From an uncultured cyanobacterium (lineage in GTDB: Bacteria; Cyanobacteriota; Cyanobacteriia; Phormidesmidales; Phormidesmidaceae): 64,000 nucleotides of DNA. The notes under the pieces were generated by a model. That model had not been told where the DNA came from. It saw only the letters and a list, made by a program, of their open reading frames with translations, and did not search any database. The position numbers and the translations under genes are program-made. Location: contig CAWBZI010000001.1 in the NCBI GenBank assembly GCA_963793265.1, positions 1,280,001-1,344,000 on the forward strand. The letters run 5' to 3'. Positions 1 through 9,255 of the stretch are shown in pieces (position 1 is the first letter of the stretch; each line of letters begins with the position of its first letter).

Positions 1-658
1 TCTCTACCGTCGCACCGTGAATTGCACACAGCAGCGCGCCACCCAAGATACCGGCCACGCCCATCATGTGGAACGGGTTCAAAGTCCAGTTGTGGAAGCC
101 CTGCAAGAACAGCAGGAAGCGGAAGATGGCCGCCACCCCGAAGCTCGGTGCAAAGAACCACGAAGACTGGCCCAAGGGGTAGAGCAAGAACACAGAGACG
201 AACACCGCAATCGGGCCACTGAAGGCGATTGCGTTGTATGGACGAATGCCGACCAGCCGAGCAATCTCGAACTGGCGCAGCATGAAGCCAATCAGGCCGA
301 AAGCACCGTGAAGCGCGACGAACGCCCACAGGCCGCCAATCTGGCACCAGCGTACGAAGTCACCCTGGGCTTCAGGGCCCCAAAGCAGCAGCAGGGAGTG
401 GCCCATGCTGTCAGCGGGGGTGGAGACGGCAACGGTTAGGAAGTTGCAGCCTTCGAGGTAGGAGCTTGCCAACCCGTGGGTGTACCACGAGGTGACAAAG
501 GTGGTGCCGGTCATCCAGCCGCCAATCGCCATGAAGGCGCAGGGGAACAGGAGTAGACCAGACCAGCCTACGAATACAAAACGGTCGCGCTTGAGCCAGT
601 CGTCAACGACGTCAAATCGTCCTCTTCCGGCGGGCGCGTTGCCCATTGCTATAGTCAT
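1..658 (-). CDS. psbD: Photosystem II D2 protein (5' part; truncated by window start)
   Basis: Not in the ORF track. Manual translation from ATG at 658 gives [41 protein letters not shown]...[26 protein letters not shown], which is clearly D2. Confidence 0.98.
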   Translation of the reverse strand, partial: MTIAMGNAPAGRGRFDVVDDWLKRDRFVFVGWSGLLLFPCAFMAIGGWMTGTTFVTSWYTHGLASSYLEGCNFLTVAVSTPADSMGHSLLLLWGPEAQGDFVRWCQIGGLWAFVALHGAFGLIGFMLRQFEIARLVGIRPYNAIAFSGPIAVFVSVFLLYPLGQSSWFFAPSFGVAAIFRFLLFLQGFHNWTLNPFHMMGVAGILGGALLCAIHGATVE

Positions 659-768
659 ATAAAGCGGATCTCCAAAGATGGATTATCTATGTAGGACAGT
701 GGTAAAAACCAGGCAGCTATTCAAAAGAAATAACCGCTTAACATCTACTCGAAAAAATATGAGCAGTG

Positions 769-786
769 TTTACTAATCTTTACCGC
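769..786. promoter_or_regulatory. HLR1-like (RpaB) direct repeat upstream of psbD
   Basis: TTTACTAA-TC-TTTACCGC resembles the (G/T)TTACA(T/A)(T/A) N2 repeat; it lies about 110 bp upstream of the psbD start. Confidence 0.4.
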
Positions 787-969
787 AGTTCTCATATTAT
801 AGAGGCCCTTCTCTAAAAAATCTTCCTTCTAATGGATAAAGTCGATATATTGCCTATATTGGTGCCCCTGATTTTTGGATTGTTTGCGATACTAGAGGGC
901 GGACTGGCTGCTGAAAGGTCGTCTTTTGGCGGGCCAAATCTCAATACTATATAGATAACCAAAATCAGT

Positions 970-1242
970 ATGTACATCGTTGAATTTGCTTTGAAGCACA
1001 CTGCTATGCCCCTTACGGTGCAAAAGGAAGAGAAGGAAGCGGCAGAGGCAGCTTATAAGGAAGCGATGGAAGCGATCGCTTCAGGCAACCCCGTGATGAT
1101 AGAAGCGACCTGCGATAAGGTGAGCGACAAAAAAGTTGCGATCGCTGTCAGCGAACTAGCCGCAGTGCAAATGTACGACAAGTCAGGGATTGCGGGTGCA
1201 GCGGGTCGTGCGCCTGGGTTCTTTGCTTTAGCAGGTGAGTAG
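970..1242 (+). CDS. Conserved hypothetical cyanobacterial protein
   Basis: 90-aa ORF ending ...PGFFALAGE, 4 bp before the ABC ATPase gene. Confidence 0.8.
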   Translation: MYIVEFALKHTAMPLTVQKEEKEAAEAAYKEAMEAIASGNPVMIEATCDKVSDKKVAIAVSELAAVQMYDKSGIAGAAGRAPGFFALAGE

Positions 1243-1246
1243 TTAG

Positions 1247-1927
1247 GTGTCGAATGAAGCGTTGGCACCGCCATCAAACGCAATCGTCGTAGACGGCCTG
1301 AGCTTTTACTGGCCGTCTGGAGTGGCTGTACTGCGCGATTGCTCCTTGACGATCAAGCCGGGCGAGTTTTGTATGCTGCTAGGCAATAACGGCAGCGGAA
1401 AATCTACGCTGCTCAGGCTTTTAGCTGGCTTGCTCCCGCGTCAAATTGGCACGATTGATACTCAAGGGCCAGTCGGCTTTGTGTTTCAAAACCCCGATCA
1501 CCAGCTTGTCATGCCGACTGTAGGGGCTGATGTTGCCTTTGGCTTGGTAAAGGAAAAGCTGACGCTGGGACAGGTTCGAGCGCGTGTTGAAGAGGCTCTG
1601 ACGGCTGTTAATTTACAGCACTTACAGCGGCGGGCGATCTATGCGCTTAGCGGCGGGCAAAAGCAGAGGGTGGCGATCGCAGGGGCAATCGCCCAACATT
1701 GTCAGGTGCTTCTGCTCGATGAACCAACGGCGCTACTTGATCCTGATAGCCAAATAGATTTGGTGCGTCAGGTGCAGGCTTTGGTTAAAAGTAGAGGGCT
1801 AACGGCGCTATGGGTGACGCATCGGCTGGCTGAGTTAGACTATTGCGATCGCGCTTTTTTGATAGAGAACGGTAGAGTCGCTGACGAAGGCGATCCTCAG
1901 CGCCTAAAGCGAAAGCTGAAGAACTAA
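1247..1927 (+). CDS. ECF/CbiO-type ABC transporter ATP-binding protein
   Basis: Walker A GNNGSGKS, Q-loop FQNPDHQ, signature LSGGQKQR, Walker B LLLDEPT, H-loop VTH. Confidence 0.92.
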   Translation: MSNEALAPPSNAIVVDGLSFYWPSGVAVLRDCSLTIKPGEFCMLLGNNGSGKSTLLRLLAGLLPRQIGTIDTQGPVGFVFQNPDHQLVMPTVGADVAFGLVKEKLTLGQVRARVEEALTAVNLQHLQRRAIYALSGGQKQRVAIAGAIAQHCQVLLLDEPTALLDPDSQIDLVRQVQALVKSRGLTALWVTHRLAELDYCDRAFLIENGRVADEGDPQRLKRKLKN

Positions 1928-2004
1928 GGCCGTTTGGTTACCTACGACTCAGCCTCTATAGGGAAAATCGCTTAGTATTAAGGAAGTTTCAGCCAATTAT
2001 CACC

Positions 2005-2553
2005 ATGGCCGCTAAACCTTCTCAAGCGATTTTGTTAGTCGATGCGTACAACATTATTGGTGCGTGGACTGATCTTGCAGGGCTGAAGGAGACTCAGGGG
2101 CTAGATGCGGCTAGAGAGGCTCTGGTTGCAGTATTAGCGAACTACAGTGCGTGTCAGGAGTATGAAACCTGGGCGGTGTTTGACGCTTATGAGCAGCGAT
2201 CGCCTGCCTCTCAGCAAAAGATTACGTCTTACCTTTCAGTGCACTACACCGGGTATGGTCAAACGGCTGATAGCTACATTGAAATGGCCTGCTCCAAATT
2301 TCGTAACGACGCTCGGAAGTTTACGAAACGGCTGATCGTAGCAACCTCCGATAATGTTCACCGGCAAACTGTGATTGGATATGGCGCAGAGGCAATCTCC
2401 GCGTTTCATTTAGAAAGCGAAGTCGCTAGTACCACTCAGCAGGTAAGAGCAAAGCAAAAGGCACCCAAAAAGCGTTCAGGAAGGGTTTTTACGAGCCTTA
2501 AGCCAGATGTTCAAGCGCGGTTAGCTCGGATGAGATTTGGCCATAAGGATTGA
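2005..2553 (+). CDS. NYN-domain (YacP/Rae1-like) ribonuclease
   Basis: LLVDAYNIIG, VFDA, TADSYIE and VATSD motifs. Confidence 0.88.
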   Translation: MAAKPSQAILLVDAYNIIGAWTDLAGLKETQGLDAAREALVAVLANYSACQEYETWAVFDAYEQRSPASQQKITSYLSVHYTGYGQTADSYIEMACSKFRNDARKFTKRLIVATSDNVHRQTVIGYGAEAISAFHLESEVASTTQQVRAKQKAPKKRSGRVFTSLKPDVQARLARMRFGHKD

Positions 2554-2589
2554 TTCGACCTGCACGAATAAAGAACTCCAAAAAATGTC

Positions 2590-2619
2590 TTGCCAAACGG
2601 TCACTGCCTTATGTACTAT
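2590..2619 (+). promoter_or_regulatory. Sigma70-type promoter of tRNA-Asn
   Basis: TTGCCA, 18 nt spacer, TACTAT, 11 nt before the tRNA. Confidence 0.6.
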
Positions 2620-2630
2620 GTAGTTCCCAT

Positions 2631-2702
2631 TCCTCAGTAGCTCAGTGGTAGAGCGGTCGACTGTTAATCGATTGGTCGTAGGTTCGAATCCTACCTGGGG
2701 AG
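2631..2702 (+). tRNA. trnN: tRNA-Asn (GTT)
   Basis: TCCTCAGTAGCTCAGTGGTAGAGCGGTCGACTGTTAATCGATTGGTCGTAGGTTCGAATCCTACCTGGGGAG folds as a cloverleaf with anticodon GTT; CCA is not encoded. Confidence 0.97.
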
Positions 2703-3089
2703 TTTATCTAAATAGAGAAGCAGGCGCTTAAGCCTTCGTTAGCCCTTGGCCTTTCATAAGTGATGGCGGTCTGTCTGCTCACTCATGGCGACACAGACTT
2801 GGCGGAGTATCTGGCTAGTCTTGCGAGCACTTTGAGCGTTCTAGCGGACGCAGAGTGGCCCGTGCGCAAAAGTTGCTTCTGAATTCTTAAGCAAATATTA
2901 AGCCATGACATTGTTAAGCTTTCTCAACATATTATTAAAAACGAGACTATTGCTGCTAGCTAATAAATTAATAGTTGCTTAATGCTTTTGAAGAAACTCC
3001 ATGCATTTTGTTAAAAGTGGTGAGTATATGTACTCGCTACTGCTGACTAAGGTGGTAGTCTTAACTCTATAGCAACACCCCTTTTAACC

Positions 3090-3824
3090 ATGCCTCGTAT
3101 ACTCGTCATTGATGATGATCCCGCCATTGTTGAGCTAGTCTCAATCAACCTTGAGATGGCTGGTTATGACATTAGCCAAGCGGGCGATGGCGTGAAGGGC
3201 CAGGCGCTGGCCGTACAGATGGTTCCTGATTTGATCATGCTTGATCTCATGCTGCCGAAGGTGGATGGGTTTACAGTGTGCCAGCGCCTCAGACGGGACG
3301 ATCGCACGGCTGATATTCCAGTTTTGATGCTAACGGCACTGGGCGAAACGCAGAATAAGGTAGATGGCTTTAATGCGGGTGCTGACGATTATTTAACCAA
3401 GCCGTTTGAGCTTGAGGAGATGCTGGCTAGGGTGCGAGCGCTGCTAAGACGAACCGATCGGATTCCTCAGGCTGCTAAGCACAGCGAAATTTTGAGCTAT
3501 GGGCCTTTGACACTTGTGCCTGAGCGGTTCGAGGCGATTTGGTTAGATAGCACGGTTAAGCTTACTCACTTAGAGTTCGAGCTGCTTCACTGCCTGCTTC
3601 AGCGCCACGGACAGACTGTTTCACCTAGCGAAATTCTTAAAGAGGTTTGGGGCTACGATCCTAATGACGATATTGAGACGATTCGCGTTCATATTCGCCA
3701 CCTGCGAACGAAGCTAGAGCCCGATCCGCGTCACCCTCAATACATTAAGACTGTCTACGGGGCGGGCTATTGCTTGGAGCTGCCGAATGAGTCTGAGCTA
3801 CTCCCTGAGAAGGTTGCAAGCTAG
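3090..3824 (+). CDS. rpaA: OmpR-family response regulator RpaA (circadian output)
   Basis: [14 protein letters not shown] receiver plus the RpaA-typical [12 protein letters not shown] and [30 protein letters not shown]. Confidence 0.93.
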   Translation: MPRILVIDDDPAIVELVSINLEMAGYDISQAGDGVKGQALAVQMVPDLIMLDLMLPKVDGFTVCQRLRRDDRTADIPVLMLTALGETQNKVDGFNAGADDYLTKPFELEEMLARVRALLRRTDRIPQAAKHSEILSYGPLTLVPERFEAIWLDSTVKLTHLEFELLHCLLQRHGQTVSPSEILKEVWGYDPNDDIETIRVHIRHLRTKLEPDPRHPQYIKTVYGAGYCLELPNESELLPEKVAS

Positions 3825-3916
3825 TAAAGATGCGGCGTATATAGAGAGTAGACCCTCAAATGTGTGTTGGAGCGATCACAGCTTCGATGCACATTCGCAT
3901 TTTTATTGGATTCCAC

Positions 3917-4348
3917 ATGTTTGGCACTTATCAATACAGCAATCTCAGGATAGAAGTTAAGGCAAGCGCCGATAAAATTGCACAGAGCCTTACCAATCCG
4001 CAGGAGATGAAAAAGTGGCTACTGCCGCAGGAAATTAAATACATCACGCCGAGCGGTAGCCGGTCTGATATGGGATTTCCAGGCGATAAGCTGCAAGCGG
4101 GTCAAACGTTTGAGAGTACTTTGGGCGCAAATAAGCTGGGCCTCATTAAAGTGAAGCACGAGGTCGAGAAGATTTCTGATGACGGCATCCGCCTTTTGCT
4201 CAGTGGCAGCATAGATGGTTTTCACGAGTGGCAGTGGGGCGAAGGCTGGCTGCAATCGCGCATAGAAGGTATTTCTTTACTGCCGCTCAATCTCGGACAA
4301 ACGGCCAATCTGACCAGGTTAAGGTTTTATTTGCAGTCGGCATCGTAA
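3917..4348 (+). CDS. Conserved hypothetical protein (SRPBCC-like)
   Basis: MFGTYQYSNLRIEV...IDGFHEWQWGEGWLQSRIEGISLLPLNLGQT. Start taken at the internal ATG 3917 rather than 3860. Confidence 0.7.
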   Translation: MFGTYQYSNLRIEVKASADKIAQSLTNPQEMKKWLLPQEIKYITPSGSRSDMGFPGDKLQAGQTFESTLGANKLGLIKVKHEVEKISDDGIRLLLSGSIDGFHEWQWGEGWLQSRIEGISLLPLNLGQTANLTRLRFYLQSAS

Positions 4349-4378
4349 GCAGATCTGGCTGTGCAGACTTGACTGTGC

Positions 4379-5716
4379 TTAACTGGGACGCTGGATAATG
4401 GTTTCGTTGATGCGCCTTTTCGTTTGGCGGTTGATGCTGATTAAGCGAACGTAGTGGTCTGGAAACTGGGCTAGGCACGATTGTACTTTGCTGATGGCCT
4501 CAGCTTCGTTCTCTGTGTTTAAAGTCGCGTAGCTTTGCCATGAATTGACTCGAAACCGACGCCGATCGACATGCTCTATGCCCAACAGATGCCCGAGGCG
4601 GTGACTTTGTGAAACGATGGCCTGTGCAGACTGCTCAAGATCTTTGGATGGTAGTGAGTGCGAGACTGGCTTGTTATAGTTCTGTTGTTTCGAGAATAAA
4701 CGGCTCGCAGGTTGTTCTGCCTGGTCGGCAAGCTGAGCGTCTTTTTTACCTAAACCGTAGGGCTTGAGCGGATTGTTTTCGGGTGGTCTTAGCAGGGCGC
4801 TATCTCGGCGGCGATGTTGGAAAGCTTGCCCAGACGGGGTGACGGCCTGGTTGTATTCGCTCACTAAGCCCATAGTGCGAACGCGCTCTTGTTCTTTGAC
4901 GAGCGTTTCACCCGCTTCGATCAGGTTCTCTAGCTGGAAGTTGGGTTTATTGAAGGTGGGGACTTTTAGTGAGTTGACAACTTTGCTGGCGATGTTTTCA
5001 ATGCCGACTGAGTGAATGAATTGGGTGATTTGTTCGTCGTATAGTTGCGATCGCACCGCCCCAAAAAAATCAATTGCCTGATCGTCAAACCGACCCACTA
5101 GCGCCTCAACATCTGCCTGCGCAAGCCCATCGTCTGCAAACATCCCACTAACCACCCCAATCCGGTCTGCCCTGCTTGGCTCCCAGTAAAACTTCTGCAT
5201 CCGCCCGTCCCGAATCAGCGGCGCATACAGCGTCGCAAAGTCGTTGCCCGTCGCGATAATTGGAATCCTCGGAAGTTCTTTCTCGTCATAGCTACCCGGC
5301 AATTGAACATTAGTTGGATTATCTGCAATGTTCATCAGCGTGTTATTCACAAGCTGAGTATTCACCGTGTACTGCGTCATGCGGTCAAAGCGACCTGCCC
5401 CCGCATCCAAATCATTAATCATCAGCACCGCCATACAGCCACGTACGCGCACTAACTCAGCTGCTTCTCTATAGCGCAGCCGAATCAACCTGGCCGGATC
5501 GCCTGCGTCTGGGCTTTCTAGCTCACCGCCCGAAATATAAACTACCTCAACCCCCATCCGCTCAAAGACAAGTTCGCACTGAAAGGTTTTCCCTTCTCCC
5601 TTACGCCCGTGAATGCCTAAAATGAGCGGTACTTTGACCTGTGGCAGATCTAAATAGTTCTTAGTAATGTGAACGGCTAGCTTGTTGAGAAAGCTAGGCG
5701 CGATGTAATAAGCCAT
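4379..5716 (-). CDS. rca: Rubisco activase-like AAA+ protein with C-terminal RbcS-like (SSUL) domain
   Basis: LILGIHGRKGEGKTFQCE, MINDLDAGAGR and TGNDFATLYAPLIRDGRMQKFYW; C-terminal SSUL GIEHVDRRRFRVNSW...YVRLISI...IIQRP. Confidence 0.93.
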   Translation of the reverse strand: MAYYIAPSFLNKLAVHITKNYLDLPQVKVPLILGIHGRKGEGKTFQCELVFERMGVEVVYISGGELESPDAGDPARLIRLRYREAAELVRVRGCMAVLMINDLDAGAGRFDRMTQYTVNTQLVNNTLMNIADNPTNVQLPGSYDEKELPRIPIIATGNDFATLYAPLIRDGRMQKFYWEPSRADRIGVVSGMFADDGLAQADVEALVGRFDDQAIDFFGAVRSQLYDEQITQFIHSVGIENIASKVVNSLKVPTFNKPNFQLENLIEAGETLVKEQERVRTMGLVSEYNQAVTPSGQAFQHRRRDSALLRPPENNPLKPYGLGKKDAQLADQAEQPASRLFSKQQNYNKPVSHSLPSKDLEQSAQAIVSQSHRLGHLLGIEHVDRRRFRVNSWQSYATLNTENEAEAISKVQSCLAQFPDHYVRLISINRQTKRRINETIIQRPS

Positions 5717-5768
5717 TAATTACAGGGGTTGGAGGCGCAATATCCCTATCATCCCATTTCGTAAAACC

Positions 5769-6362
5769 CTATACAAACCATGCCTGCCAAGCCGCCCAAT
5801 TTGAGACGAGTTGGGCAAAGGCTTCATAGCCTGCCGCTGCTGGATGAGAGCCGTCTACCTGAGCAACTTCATCCATCCAGGTTTGATTATGTCTCAGCGG
5901 CGCATATGTTTCCAGATAGGGAATATCTAGCGTTTCGCAAAGCGCAGCGTATGCCATTGAAGTAACGACAGTGCGATCATTAATAGTTTCGTCTTCAACT
6001 GGCGGTGGCCCTATCATCAGTGTGGGATACTGGGCCTTTGCCTGCGTCAAAATTCGATGGGCAGCATCAATTGAGCCTTTGGCCGATACGCGCAAGCCTC
6101 CGTCTTCAATGCAGTTGTCATTGACACCGAATGAGAATACTAAGCGAGCGTCAGAGGGATATCGAAAGCGTGGAGCGGCTTCAGCCTGCCAGCGGGCTTC
6201 TATCTGCTCGCTAGTGTTGCCACGAATACCCAAGTTGTAGTAAGTCAAACTCGAATGACCAAGCCCCTTGCAGGCTCTACCGCTCCAACCTAAATAGTCT
6301 GGATCGCCTGTTCCTGTCACAAAAGAATCGCCAAAAAAACAAATACGAATATCCGACATCAA
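5769..6362 (-). CDS. GDSL/SGNH-family lipase/esterase
   Basis: FFGDSFV, NLGIRG, FGVND and DGSHP blocks. Confidence 0.9.
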   Translation of the reverse strand: MMSDIRICFFGDSFVTGTGDPDYLGWSGRACKGLGHSSLTYYNLGIRGNTSEQIEARWQAEAAPRFRYPSDARLVFSFGVNDNCIEDGGLRVSAKGSIDAAHRILTQAKAQYPTLMIGPPPVEDETINDRTVVTSMAYAALCETLDIPYLETYAPLRHNQTWMDEVAQVDGSHPAAAGYEAFAQLVSNWAAWQAWFV

Positions 6363-6370
6363 ACCAGTCT

Positions 6371-6784
6371 CTAATCGCTTGCAGTTTTAGCGGGCTTGCT
6401 GCGTTCTTCTATCTCAGTGAGCGCTTGCATGACGAGATTTTTCGCCTGAAGCTTCCAACCGCGCTTTTGGATAACGATAGCGAGTGCCCCGCCAATCCCC
6501 GTCGCCAAAAAGTCCACTGGCTGCGTAAATGAAATCCCAAACAGCAGCCCTAATCCAGCAATTCCCCAAAACGGCAAAGATACCGCCTGCCGCTGCTCTA
6601 GCAAAATCTCATCAAAAAAATTACGTGGCAAATTCTCTTCTAGCTCTGCCTTTACCTGCTTCCGCTGCGCAGGCGACACCGACAGCGCAATCTTCTGCCT
6701 TAGCTTCTCAATTTTTCTAGCATCCGTACTGTACTCAGTTAGCTGATCTTCAGCCAGCATCACCAAACGCTCTGTCTGCGACAT
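6371..6784 (-). CDS. Conserved hypothetical membrane protein
   Basis: 137 aa with two hydrophobic segments (PFWGIAGLGLLFGISF; FLATGIGGALAIVI). Confidence 0.75.
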   Translation of the reverse strand: MSQTERLVMLAEDQLTEYSTDARKIEKLRQKIALSVSPAQRKQVKAELEENLPRNFFDEILLEQRQAVSLPFWGIAGLGLLFGISFTQPVDFLATGIGGALAIVIQKRGWKLQAKNLVMQALTEIEERSKPAKTASD

Positions 6785-6860
6785 TTTGTTGCCTTCTTAG
6801 CTGTATAGTGCAGTTTACATTACAGAAGCAACCTCGTAGTGTGCTCCAAAGAGTAGTCAC

Positions 6861-6894
6861 TATCCATATTTCAAATTATCCATATTTCAAATTA
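6861..6894. repeat. Tandem 16-bp duplication (TATCCATATTTCAAAT x2)
   Basis: Directly visible; lies at the left edge of the AT-richer accessory block. Confidence 0.9.
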
Positions 6895-7029
6895 ACAAAG
6901 CTGAGCGTATCAATACCTTTTTCATTGAGATAGCTCGCAACTTTAAAGTCGTTCTTGAGTACGAGATACTTATTGTCCGCAACCTCTGCAATTATGACTT
7001 TGCAACCTGTCCCACTTTTTACTGATGCA

Positions 7030-7343
7030 CGACCAAATCTTTCCGTATCAAGCCCGTGTTTAACTAGATTTCAGCAGAACCAGAATCTGTTAGGTGAATA
7101 AGCCCTGAATCGAATCAAAGCATTCTGAAAACAGTATTGTCCAGGTTCTCCTTTGTATATTGCTGAGCGGCCTACTAATTCAAAGCTTTGCCCTTCGTTC
7201 AAAAAGATATCTCCAGGCTGAACGGATTATATCTCTTTCTCTTTGGGTGTAAAATCCATTTCTAAAATGTCGGCATAATCAGTCCAGTCATCAAAAACAG
7301 ACAACGTAATAGAGAGATAGCTAATGCCACCTCCCCTTTTCAT
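7030..7343 (-). pseudogene. Fragment of type I restriction-modification specificity subunit (HsdS TRD)
   Basis: Manual translation: VFDDWTDYADILEMDFTPKEKEI*SVQPGDIFLNEGQSFELVGRSAIYKGEPGQYCFQNALIRFRA. In-frame TAA at 7227-7229, TGA at 7071-7073, then an apparent frameshift. Confidence 0.72.
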
Positions 7344-7352
7344 ATTCGCAGA

Positions 7353-7676
7353 TCAACGAGCTAATCGCCGTAGCAAGCTCATCGCTTCACCCTGAGCAGG
7401 CGTAATAATCATCTGCTCCTCCACCGTCATAATTGGGCTCCATAGTACCGTCTCGGCATAGCCCAGCTTATGCAGTAAGTGAATCGTTTGCCGCACCGCG
7501 CTAGGACTGCCGAGCAAAATGTGCTTAACAACTTCTCCCGGTTCCGTGCCGTCTGGTTCGAGCTGAGGCTGCGCGATCGCCCGGCTCCCGCCACAGCGCA
7601 TTATCGACAAATCCAAAGCAGGCTTAACTTTACCAGCCGCAAGCGGTTGGCCGACTAAACATGTGGTTGTTTTCAT
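7353..7676 (-). CDS. Small hypothetical protein of a cyanobacterial accessory family
   Basis: 107 aa; core HILLGSPSAVRQTIHLLHKLGYAETVLWSP. Confidence 0.7.
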   Translation of the reverse strand: MKTTTCLVGQPLAAGKVKPALDLSIMRCGGSRAIAQPQLEPDGTEPGEVVKHILLGSPSAVRQTIHLLHKLGYAETVLWSPIMTVEEQMIITPAQGEAMSLLRRLAR

Positions 7677-7728
7677 GGTCTTTCTCGGGTTTTCCTAAGA
7701 TATGGGGTAGAAAAACCAAGAAAAACTC

Positions 7729-7760
7729 AGCCCCCTAACTTGCCAAAAGTCAGGGGGGCT
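7729..7760 (-). terminator. Terminator-like hairpin in the leader of ORF 7353-7676
   Basis: Minus strand AGCCCCCCTGACTT-TTGGC-AAGTTAGGGGGCT followed by GAGTTTTTCTT. The internal mismatch is G.U only on the minus strand. Confidence 0.55.
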
Positions 7761-7771
7761 ATGGCATCATG

Positions 7772-7862
7772 GGCCATAACCTCTCTCACTGGATTGATCA
7801 GTGTTAGGGGCGAGCTATCGGTGTTGGGTTAGGCTCCAACGCCGGTAGCGGCTAAATTTTTC
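7772..7862 (+). ncRNA. Candidate structured antisense RNA (two hairpins closed by GCC/GGC)
   Basis: CACTGG-ATTGA-TCAGTG hairpin plus a 15-bp stem at 7814-7849 with G.U pairs on the + strand. Preceded by TTGCCA...TGgCATCAT and followed by a T-run. Confidence 0.5.
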
Positions 7863-8046
7863 AAGGCGGTTATGCGATCACTAACAAAAGCTCCCGACAA
7901 CTCGGAAGAGCGATACTCTAGAAAAGTGGCTTTGCCAACGCATAAAAACAAGCGTATCAGTAAGCTTTTGAGCGCGTCAACTAATTTGATACAAAAACCT
8001 AGCGGCCATCGGCAGCGTCAACTTAACAAGAATGTAGCGCTCATCT

Positions 8047-8580
8047 CTATCGAGTCATTGCTATAACAGTCACCACCGAAAGGCCAGGAAAAATATCAAG
8101 AGTAGGAAGCTGTTCCGTCTCAGCATAGATTAAAGGAAGTTCTTGACCTTGCCATACCCAAATCCGCTGCCGTTGGATGTCAATCAACCAGGCAAGCTGT
8201 GTACCGCTATCGATAAAATGCAAGATTTTCTTTTGCAAATCTACAGTACTCTGATCAGGCGAACGGATCTCAATCAGCCAGTCTGGTGCACCTGCGAAAG
8301 GGCCATCTGTCTCAGGCACTCGCTCAATCGCAATCACAGCAATATCTGGCACAGGCGAAAAGGGAGGTACTATGCAGCGTAATTCTTGAATTGCTTCGTA
8401 TTGCTTGGTTTGTTGATTGATAGCATTGACGAGGTTTCGCTGAAGGCGGGAATGGAAAAGGGTAGGCATGGGTTTTTGACGCGATCGCCCGTCAATAAAT
8501 TCCCAAGCGGGCGAAGCTTCAATATCAGGCTGTTTTAAAAACGCTTCTAAAAGGCTAACGGTTGCGGGAGCTTGCATCAT
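8047..8580 (-). CDS. Uma2-family (DUF820) PD-(D/E)xK endonuclease
   Basis: PAWEFIDG, KPMP, HSRLQ, VPDIAV, APDWLIEIRSP and WLID motifs. Confidence 0.9.
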   Translation of the reverse strand: MMQAPATVSLLEAFLKQPDIEASPAWEFIDGRSRQKPMPTLFHSRLQRNLVNAINQQTKQYEAIQELRCIVPPFSPVPDIAVIAIERVPETDGPFAGAPDWLIEIRSPDQSTVDLQKKILHFIDSGTQLAWLIDIQRQRIWVWQGQELPLIYAETEQLPTLDIFPGLSVVTVIAMTR

Positions 8581-8583
8581 TCT

Positions 8584-8964
8584 CTACACCAGTTCTGCGG
8601 CCACAAACCTATCGTTTTGACTGCCTTCACCACAGGCAATCTCTTCATCTTCAATCCGTTCCAGCACACTAAAGTCTATACGCTCCAACTCACTCGCATC
8701 AAACGACTGTTCAGCTTGCCACAGTGCATAGTTTTTCTGCATATTCATCCAACTACCAGGGCTACCGCCTAGCACAACGCTGACTCTCAGAGCCATATCA
8801 GCACTGAGGCCAATTTCAGACTTTAGCAATCGGCTCACTGTGCTAGGTGCAACTTTTAACTTCGCGGCTAGCTCTCGGCCCGAGATGTTGTAGGGCTTTA
8901 GATATTCCTCCAAGATAATTTCGCCAGGAGAGCAGGGATTGTACATTCTTAGGCTTTCTGCCAT
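8584..8964 (-). CDS. higA: HigA-family addiction-module antitoxin (HTH_XRE)
   Basis: PGEIILEEYLKP...LAAKLKV...SADMALRV...WMNMQKNYALWQA. Start overlaps the higB stop. Confidence 0.9.
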   Translation of the reverse strand: MAESLRMYNPCSPGEIILEEYLKPYNISGRELAAKLKVAPSTVSRLLKSEIGLSADMALRVSVVLGGSPGSWMNMQKNYALWQAEQSFDASELERIDFSVLERIEDEEIACGEGSQNDRFVAAELV

Positions 8965-9242
8965 TAGTGATAATCCTCATAATCAACGACGTAGGCGTTA
9001 GAATCTCGAAACTCAAAAGTTAATCGCCAGTTACCGCTGACCGAAATACTCCAAATATTTGAGCGATCACCCTTAAGCGGATGTAAGTCATACCCAGGAA
9101 CGTCCATATAATCAATATCCTCTGCGGCATCCAAACGCGTCAGTTGTTTCCTAAGCTTTTTAGCATGTTTGGCTTGTATACCAGCCGTATTTCCAGTTTG
9201 ATGAAACCGCTTCAGCCCCTTGTGTTTAATCGATCTGATCAT
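8964..9242 (-). CDS. higB: HigB/RelE-family toxin
   Basis: MIRSIKHKGLKRF...LHPLKGDR...WSISVSGNWRLTFEF...VDYEDYH. Confidence 0.93.
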   Translation of the reverse strand: MIRSIKHKGLKRFHQTGNTAGIQAKHAKKLRKQLTRLDAAEDIDYMDVPGYDLHPLKGDRSNIWSISVSGNWRLTFEFRDSNAYVVDYEDYH

Positions 9243-9255
9243 AGTTTAATCATTT

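Noticed and set aside
17..662. ORF-track ORFs at 17-439, 22-222, 79-291 and 480-662
   Set aside because: They are shadow frames of psbD, which the track missed because it runs off the window edge.
2631..2900. tRNA-Asn (and tRNA-Leu at 32751) as integration sites
   Set aside because: No integrase nearby and no duplicated tRNA 3' end found; the flanks are core genes.
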